From Candidatus Aquidulcis sp. (GTDB taxonomy: Bacteria; Chloroflexota; Anaerolineae; Anaerolineales; UBA4823): DNA of 64,000 bases. The notes beneath the pieces were generated by a model. It was given only the letters and a program-made list of their open reading frames with translations. It made no database searches and had not been told where the DNA came from. The position numbers were made by a program, and so were the translations under genes. The DNA lies in contig DYIZ01000009.1 in NCBI GenBank assembly GCA_020723385.1, positions 3,676 to 67,675 of the forward strand. Reading direction: 5' to 3'. Shown here piece after piece: positions 18,325 through 24,371 of the stretch (the first letter of the stretch is position 1; every line of letters starts with the position of its first letter).

Positions 18325-20172
18325 ATGAGCGACATTTTCGATGACCGGCTGCGCCAGCTCGCGGCGCTCTTCCCCGAAGCCTTCGCCGATGGGGTTCTCG
18401 ACCTCGACGGGCTGCGCGCCTCCCTGGGTTTGGCTGCCCCCTCCGGCCCCGAACGTTTTTCCTTCACCTGGGCGGGCAAACAAGCCAGCCTGCAACTGCT
18501 CCAATCGCCCTCACGCGCTACGCTTGTCCCTGCATCCGAAATCTCATCACCTTCGGATGGCGTTTTCATCGCCGGCGACAACCTCGAGGTGCTCCGCCTG
18601 CTCTACAAGCCCTACTTCGGGCGTGTTCGCCTGATCTACATTGATCCCCCGTATAACACCGGCTCCGATTTCGTTTACCGCGACAACTACGCTGACCCGC
18701 TGGATGCCTACCTGCGTCTCACCGGGCAAGCCGACGCGGCTGGCAACTGGCTCACCTCCAATCCCGAAACGGGCGGGCGTTTCCACTCGGCCTGGCTTTC
18801 GATGATGTATCCCCGGCTGTTCGTGGCCCGCCAACTGCTGCGCGACGACGGCGTGATCTGCGTCAGCATTGACGATCACGAGCTGCCCCACTTGCGCCTG
18901 TTGATGAACGAGATTTTCGGCGAGACGTGTTTTAAAAACACGATCATTGTGCGGCGCGGCGTCAAGAGTGTGCAGGCGCAATTCGAGAATGTGGACGCCC
19001 TGGCGGTTGGGCATGAGTACATCGTCGTTTACGCTAAAAGCCCGGAAGCGCGTTTCCGCCACCTGCGCCTGCCGCTCGACGAGCCGAAGCCGGGCGGCTG
19101 GAACAATCACTGGCGCGGCACCGAGCGCCCGACGATGCGCTACGAGCTGTTCGGCATCACCCCCGATCGCGGCCAGTGGCGCTGGAGCCACGCCCGCAGC
19201 CTGCGCGCCGTCGAAGCTTACCGCCGCCTGGCGGCTGACCTCGGCCCCAACCCCTCGCAGGCTGAAATTGATGAATGGTGGCGGGCGGAGGGCGCCCGGC
19301 TGGGGGGAGAAGTTGACCTGCTGCGCCTGTCGAAGACCGGCAAGCCGGAGCATTACGTGCCCCCCACCGAGACGCGGCTGGGCAGCGACCTGTGGGCGGA
19401 TCTCAGCCCGCGGGGCAATGCGGACCTGGAGGCTCTGCTGGGCCAAAAGGTGTTCGACAACCCCAAGCCGGTAGCGCTCATCCGCCGCCTGGTTGAATGG
19501 ATTACCGGCCCGCAGGGGGGCGACTTAGTGCTGGATTTCTTCGCCGGGTCGTGCGCCACAGCCCAGGCAGTGATGGAAGCCAACGCCGACGACGGCGGCG
19601 ACCGGCGCTGGATCATGGTGCAAATCCCTGAACCTTTGCGTTCCCCTGTCCTCCTCCCTCACCCCCAGCCCATCTCCCAGGGGGAAAGAGAAGAGGATGA
19701 GCTTCAAACCATCGCCGATATCGGATTAGCGCGGATACGCGCGGTCATCGAGCGGATGGAAAACCCGGCGGGCGTGCGCGTCTTTCGGCTGGCGGCCTCG
19801 CACTTTCGGGAGTGGCAGCCCCCCGAGGATGGCGACCCCGCCCGGTACGCGGAATCGCTCGCCAAAGCCGTTGACCCCCTTCTGCCCGGCTGGACTGATG
19901 CGGGGGTGCTCTACGAGGTTGCGCTGCGAGAGGGGTTGGGCCTCGATTTGCAAATCGAGACGATCCCGCTGCCCGGCCAGCCGGATTCCCCGCTCTATCG
20001 GATCGTTGACCGCCAGCAGGTTTTCTATCTTTCGCTGGCCGATGATTTGACGGGCGTCGCAGGCCTCGAAACGCTCATTCCCCCCGGAGCGCGCTTCATC
20101 TGCCGGGACGCGGCGCTTGACGATACGACCGCTGCCCGGTTGGCGCTCTACTGCCGGTTGAAGACGATTTGA
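18325..20172 (+). CDS. Site-specific DNA methyltransferase, N6-adenine, beta class (type III Mod-like)
   Basis: Motif IV IYIDPPYNTGSDFVYRDNY lies N-terminal to motif I LVLDFFAGSCATAQAV. Size and motif order match Mod-type enzymes. Confidence 0.85.
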   Translation: MSDIFDDRLRQLAALFPEAFADGVLDLDGLRASLGLAAPSGPERFSFTWAGKQASLQLLQSPSRATLVPASEISSPSDGVFIAGDNLEVLRLLYKPYFGRVRLIYIDPPYNTGSDFVYRDNYADPLDAYLRLTGQADAAGNWLTSNPETGGRFHSAWLSMMYPRLFVARQLLRDDGVICVSIDDHELPHLRLLMNEIFGETCFKNTIIVRRGVKSVQAQFENVDALAVGHEYIVVYAKSPEARFRHLRLPLDEPKPGGWNNHWRGTERPTMRYELFGITPDRGQWRWSHARSLRAVEAYRRLAADLGPNPSQAEIDEWWRAEGARLGGEVDLLRLSKTGKPEHYVPPTETRLGSDLWADLSPRGNADLEALLGQKVFDNPKPVALIRRLVEWITGPQGGDLVLDFFAGSCATAQAVMEANADDGGDRRWIMVQIPEPLRSPVLLPHPQPISQGEREEDELQTIADIGLARIRAVIERMENPAGVRVFRLAASHFREWQPPEDGDPARYAESLAKAVDPLLPGWTDAGVLYEVALREGLGLDLQIETIPLPGQPDSPLYRIVDRQQVFYLSLADDLTGVAGLETLIPPGARFICRDAALDDTTAARLALYCRLKTI

Positions 20173-20178
20173 ACGATT

Positions 20179-20643
20179 ATGCCCGCGCACAGCAAACCTC
20201 TCGCCGCCGGTGATACCTCAGCTTTCGAGTTCGTCCAGGAAATGCTGGCGGGCGACCCCACGTTTGGCATCAACTTCGACCGCATCCAATGGGACAGCCG
20301 CGATAATTGTTACGCCATCGTCGAGTTTCTGCTGTGCGACGAAGTGCAGTTCGAGCGCGGCGTCACGCCGCACACCAGCCATCCCAACCGCTATTTTCAT
20401 AAGAACGCGCAGAAATTCATCTCGCTCTGGCGATTGGCGCAGCGCATCGGGGCGAAGCTGTACCTGGTCAATTACGCTAAAGGGGGAACGCAATACGCCG
20501 ATCAGGTGATGGTGATGGTGGTTAAAACAGTTGATCCCCAGTCCGAAACGCCCGTGCAGACCGAGGATCACCCGCTCACCCGCCAGCAATTTTCACGCTG
20601 GTTCCGGCGGCTCAACCGGCGGGGAGATGGGTCGCCAGCGTAA
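20179..20643 (+). CDS. Hypothetical protein, 154 aa, probably co-transcribed with the methyltransferase
   Basis: It starts 6 nt after the MTase stop and is followed by a strong terminator. No family was recognised (…NCYAIVEFLLCDEVQFERG…HPNRYFHKNAQKFISLWRLAQ…LYLVNYAKGG). Confidence 0.65.
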   Translation: MPAHSKPLAAGDTSAFEFVQEMLAGDPTFGINFDRIQWDSRDNCYAIVEFLLCDEVQFERGVTPHTSHPNRYFHKNAQKFISLWRLAQRIGAKLYLVNYAKGGTQYADQVMVMVVKTVDPQSETPVQTEDHPLTRQQFSRWFRRLNRRGDGSPA

Positions 20644-20656
20644 ATTCCAAAGACTC

Positions 20657-20694
20657 AAAAGCCCCGAATGGCGGTCAGGCCATTCGGGGCTTTT
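20657..20694. terminator. Bidirectional intrinsic terminator between convergent genes
   Basis: AAAAGCCCCGAATGGC (20657-20672), loop GGTCAG, GCCATTCGGGGCTTTT (20679-20694), with a T-run on the + strand and an A-run on the other side. Confidence 0.8.
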
Positions 20695-20739
20695 GATTGT
20701 TTCGTTGTCAACCATCGCGGGAGATTGGATGACCCAGGG

Positions 20740-22158
20740 TTATCCTTCGAAAATTGCGGGGGGCGCTTCGTCGAGGGTGGGTGGGCCGCTCCGGCGGCGG
20801 ACGCGCCAATCATTGACCAACAGCACCATCGCGCCAAATCCCATAAAGGCCAGGATGATATGCAAGATGAGGCCCAGGCAGGGAATGCCCTGGATTGCCA
20901 CGAATATGAATATGCCCACGATGAGCGGCCAATACTTCGGCCCGGCGTAGGCTGGGGAGAAACGCCGGAACAGCCAATCGCCAACCAGATAGGAGACCGC
21001 CAGGATGCTGCCGAATACGATCAGCGCCCAGATGATCGTTGCTCCCAATCCCCAAACGCCGAAACCAATCCCGGCAATGACCTGCGATAACTCGGAAAGA
21101 GTCACCACACTCAATAGCAGCCAAACGAGTAACAGGGTAAAGAGGAGCGCCGAAGCGATCACAATCGCAGCGATGAAGGCTAACAGGCCTCCTCCCAGGG
21201 ATTGCAGCGGCTTGCGCTTGATTTTGTCGGCAGTCATTTGCAGCGGAGCGGGCAGCAGCCAGGCTATCAGGCTGCCCAACACTAACAGAGTGACCAAAGA
21301 GCGGATGCGCCCGGCAATCCAGTTGCCGAATTGCACCGTAAAGCTGACCTGGGGAGTCTTCTGGGTTGTTTCGGGCAGGCGGTATTCGATCCCGCCAGCG
21401 GGTTGGGATGCAATTGCTTCAGCCTGCTCGACGGGACTGGTATAGGTCAGCTTGCCTTGGATGTCAGCGCTTTCGAGCACGCGCAGCCCGGCTGGAATGA
21501 ATGTGGGCATGTTCGGGAAGGCCATGGGGGGCATGCTCTGTTGATCCGGTTTGCTAACAATGGCGTTCACATCCCCGCCGATCACGCCGCCCAATTCCAG
21601 CGCGCTGACATCCACCTGCACGTGACGGCCTGTTTCGCCATGGAGCACTGCCTGGTAGCCTGTCATCAATACATCACGCTCGACCTGGGAGCCATTTTCC
21701 GTAGAGATACCAAATCCCACGAAATACAGGTTATTCCCAACGACAGCAGCCTCGCCCAGGTCCACCGCCATGCCCATGGCGTAGATGCTGCCTTCCACTT
21801 TCGCGTTGATGGTGGCCGTTTGACCGGTGAAGATCAGGCTGCCGCCCACCGGCCCATTGAGCACCAGGGTCGAGCCGCTGACGATCAGGTTGCCTTGAAC
21901 CGGGCCGTTGACGGTGACGGTTGCGCCGTTCAGAAATAAGTCGCCGTTGACTGTGCCGTCTATAAGGATGGTCCCGGTCGAGATGAACACATCGTCGTCA
22001 ATGACCTCGCCGGCGGGGATCACGCCATCCTCGTCGAATTCGACCGCCTGGGCCGTGCGGGCCACGCTCAACGAGATGAGACATACCAGCCCCAGGATAG
22101 CCGCCAGCCGCTTCCAGAGTGATGGGCGTTTTCTTTGGGTGGTCGAATTTTTGGTCAT
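20740..22158 (-). CDS. Membrane protein with signal peptide, bactofilin-like (polymer-forming/DUF583-type) beta-helical repeats and a multi-TM C-terminus
   Basis: Signal LGLVCLISLSVARTAQA. Repeats read DDVFISTGTILIDGTVNGDLFLNGATVTVNGPVQGNLIVSGSTLVLNGPVGGSLIFTG. The C-terminal roughly 200 aa contain several hydrophobic helices. Confidence 0.7.
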   Translation of the reverse strand: MTKNSTTQRKRPSLWKRLAAILGLVCLISLSVARTAQAVEFDEDGVIPAGEVIDDDVFISTGTILIDGTVNGDLFLNGATVTVNGPVQGNLIVSGSTLVLNGPVGGSLIFTGQTATINAKVEGSIYAMGMAVDLGEAAVVGNNLYFVGFGISTENGSQVERDVLMTGYQAVLHGETGRHVQVDVSALELGGVIGGDVNAIVSKPDQQSMPPMAFPNMPTFIPAGLRVLESADIQGKLTYTSPVEQAEAIASQPAGGIEYRLPETTQKTPQVSFTVQFGNWIAGRIRSLVTLLVLGSLIAWLLPAPLQMTADKIKRKPLQSLGGGLLAFIAAIVIASALLFTLLLVWLLLSVVTLSELSQVIAGIGFGVWGLGATIIWALIVFGSILAVSYLVGDWLFRRFSPAYAGPKYWPLIVGIFIFVAIQGIPCLGLILHIILAFMGFGAMVLLVNDWRVRRRSGPPTLDEAPPAIFEG

Positions 22159-22219
22159 AGTAATTTCCTTTCACAGAGATGGTACAGCATATATCAACTC
22201 AATTGCTGTTTTATTTCAG

Positions 22220-22249
22220 GGCCTAACCCATGCGATCTGTGCAGAAAAA
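22220..22249. repeat. 30-nt exact repeat, copy A (GGCCTAACCCATGCGATCTGTGCAGAAAAA)
   Basis: Identical to 40066-40095. It lies 51 nt downstream of the ATPase-kinase stop and 61 nt upstream of the next minus-strand gene. Confidence 0.85.
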
Positions 22250-22300
22250 GCACAAAATTGGGAGAAGGAAAGGGCCGGGGATGAATGAGAGCCTCCCCGA

Positions 22301-24274
22301 TCATTCGAACAACCTATCCCTTTCCATCGCCTTGAACATATCTCCCGCTGATTTGAAGCGGTCGTTTGGATCTTTCTCCAAGGCCTGCAAGATGGCGTCA
22401 GCTACCCCATTGGGGATAGACGCCGTTACGTCGCGCGGGTCTGCGGGGGGTTGCTGCAAGTGAGCGAGCATCATCGCCCCGGGGTTATCGGCCAGAAACG
22501 GCAGTTGCCCGGTGAGCATCTGGTACAGCATCACCCCCAGGGCGTAGATGTCGGCGCGCCCGTCCACCTCGCCTGCCGAGCGGATCTGCTCGGGGGCCAT
22601 GTAATTCAGCGTGCCCATCATCAGCCCGGTTTTGGTCGCGCCCGTGTCGCCGCCCAACATCTTGGCGATGCCGAAATCCGTCAAGACCGCTGACAGATGA
22701 CCGATAACCGGCGACAAACTGACTCCTGCCATCGGCCGCCCGTCATCTGTCAATCGCAGCAACACATTCGACGGTTTCACATCTCGGTGAACCAGCCCCT
22801 GGGCGTGGGCGTAATCCAGCGCTTCGCATAAATCCCGGATGACAGGCCGGGCTTGCTCATAAGAGATTGGGCCGGAGTCGGTCATGAACTGCCCCAAATC
22901 CTTCCCCGAGATGAATTCCATAACCATGTAATAGGTGCCGCTCACATCCCCAAAATCGAACACCTGCACAATGTTCGGATGGCGCAAACTGGCGACCGAT
23001 TGCGCCTCACGCTCGAAACGGGCGCGGAAATCGGCGTCGGCGGCCAGGCTGGCGGGCAGGATTTTGATCGCTACCCAGCGGTTCAGCCGCGTGTGGCGGC
23101 CTTTGTACACCTCCGCCATGCCGCCGCGTCCCAATCGTTCGAGCACTTCGTACGGGCCAAACTGTGTGCCGGTGAGCAGCCCGGTGATCTGCGACGGCGA
23201 AGGTTGCACCGCTTGCTGGGAGGCCACATAACTGGCCCAGGCTTTCGACGGGTACTGATAAGTTTGACCGTCATAGACCAGCATACATTTTTGCGACAGG
23301 TCACGCAGCAAGCCGCGCAGCGTGGTATCGCTGGCGGCGCGCCAGGCCAGCTCGTTGATCTGGCGCAGCGTAGATTGCTCCGCGCCGGTCAGGTTGCGCC
23401 AGTAATATTCGAAGTGCGCGGACAATTCCTGCATGGCGCGGGTTTCGATGTCGCGTGAGACATTGGAGCCCCCAGGGGTTTCTAAAACCCCTGGGGGCTG
23501 GAGTATCTCGAAGGCGTGGAAGCAGGCGACTTGCAGCCCGAGTGGGAAGCCGCCTGCGAATTGGAAAATGAAATCTTCGACCGGTTGGGAGAAAGCCACC
23601 CCGGCGGCTTGCGCCGGCCCGCAGATGATCTGCCGCGCCTCGGCTTCGGATAGCAGCCCCAGGAACAGAGGGGCAAAGATGTTGAAGAACGGGCTGGACA
23701 AGATTTCCTGCGATTTGCCGGAATAGGTCAGTTGGATGAGCGGCCGGGCCGAAGCGGTGATGAAGGCCAGTTGATAGCGCCCGGCAGCCGAGCGCAGCGC
23801 GTTGAAGAAGTTGACATCCAGGCCGGAGTTGCTGCTCAACCGCTCGAATTCGTCGAGCATCAGGATCACTTTCAGGCTGCGTTGGTTCAACCGGCGGATT
23901 GCCCGCTCGAAGGCCAGACGCCCCGGGGTCGCCACCGCCGCGTCGAGAATGGCATCCCCTTCCAGCCCGCGATCGTCGAGCGTCGCCGCAATCTCTCCTG
24001 CCAATGCGCCGAAAATCTCGTCGTGGCTGCCCTCGCCGAGAACTTCACAATCCAGGTAAACCAGCAAATAATCCGTTCCCAGCCCCAATCGCTCCAGCGT
24101 TGCGGGCCGCATTAGGTGAAACAGCAGCGAAGTCTTGCCGATCTTGCGCGGGCCAACAATCGAGACCGACTGGTTGCCTTTAAGAAAGGCCGCGATCTCG
24201 CCCAACTCGTGTTCACGGCCAAAGAATAACTCGGGCGAGCGGACGGGGCCGCGGGAGACGTAGGGGTTGGTCAT
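22301..24274 (-). CDS. STAND/AAA-like ATPase fused to a C-terminal Hanks-type Ser/Thr protein kinase
   Basis: N-terminus NPYVSRGPVRSPELFFGREHE, Walker A GPRKIGKTS, Walker B ILMLDEFE. C-terminal kinase motifs GRGGMAEVYKG, VAIK, HRDVKPSNVL, DFGIAK, MAPE. Confidence 0.88.
   Translation of the reverse strand: MTNPYVSRGPVRSPELFFGREHELGEIAAFLKGNQSVSIVGPRKIGKTSLLFHLMRPATLERLGLGTDYLLVYLDCEVLGEGSHDEIFGALAGEIAATLDDRGLEGDAILDAAVATPGRLAFERAIRRLNQRSLKVILMLDEFERLSSNSGLDVNFFNALRSAAGRYQLAFITASARPLIQLTYSGKSQEILSSPFFNIFAPLFLGLLSEAEARQIICGPAQAAGVAFSQPVEDFIFQFAGGFPLGLQVACFHAFEILQPPGVLETPGGSNVSRDIETRAMQELSAHFEYYWRNLTGAEQSTLRQINELAWRAASDTTLRGLLRDLSQKCMLVYDGQTYQYPSKAWASYVASQQAVQPSPSQITGLLTGTQFGPYEVLERLGRGGMAEVYKGRHTRLNRWVAIKILPASLAADADFRARFEREAQSVASLRHPNIVQVFDFGDVSGTYYMVMEFISGKDLGQFMTDSGPISYEQARPVIRDLCEALDYAHAQGLVHRDVKPSNVLLRLTDDGRPMAGVSLSPVIGHLSAVLTDFGIAKMLGGDTGATKTGLMMGTLNYMAPEQIRSAGEVDGRADIYALGVMLYQMLTGQLPFLADNPGAMMLAHLQQPPADPRDVTASIPNGVADAILQALEKDPNDRFKSAGDMFKAMERDRLFE
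23467..23499. repeat. Perfect 15-bp-stem palindrome inside the ATPase-kinase coding sequence (in-frame)
   Basis: AGCCCCCAGGGGTTT-CTA-AAACCCCTGGGGGCT. It encodes ...LQPPGVLETPGGSN... in the linker between the ATPase core and the helical region. Confidence 0.85.
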
Positions 24275-24293
24275 AAGTTATTCCTCGAGATTT

Positions 24294-24368
24294 GGTAAAA
24301 CGTAATCCGTAAAACGTAATCCGTAAACCACCTCTTACGTTTTACGTCATTACGTTTTACGTGTTTAC
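24294..24368. repeat. Tandem-unit hairpin built from GTAAAACGTAAT units (2 direct + 2 inverted)
   Basis: GGTAAAACGTAATCCGTAAAACGTAATCCGTAAACC (24294-24329), ACCTC, TTACGTTTTACGTCATTACGTTTTACGTGTTTAC (24335-24368). It occupies most of the 97-bp spacer between the two ATPase genes. Confidence 0.8.
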
Positions 24369-24371
24369 TCT

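Noticed and set aside
18325-20643. Calling this a complete type III restriction-modification system
   Set aside because: No Res-type helicase/nuclease gene is present next to the Mod-like gene or anywhere in the window. Only the methyltransferase call is supported.
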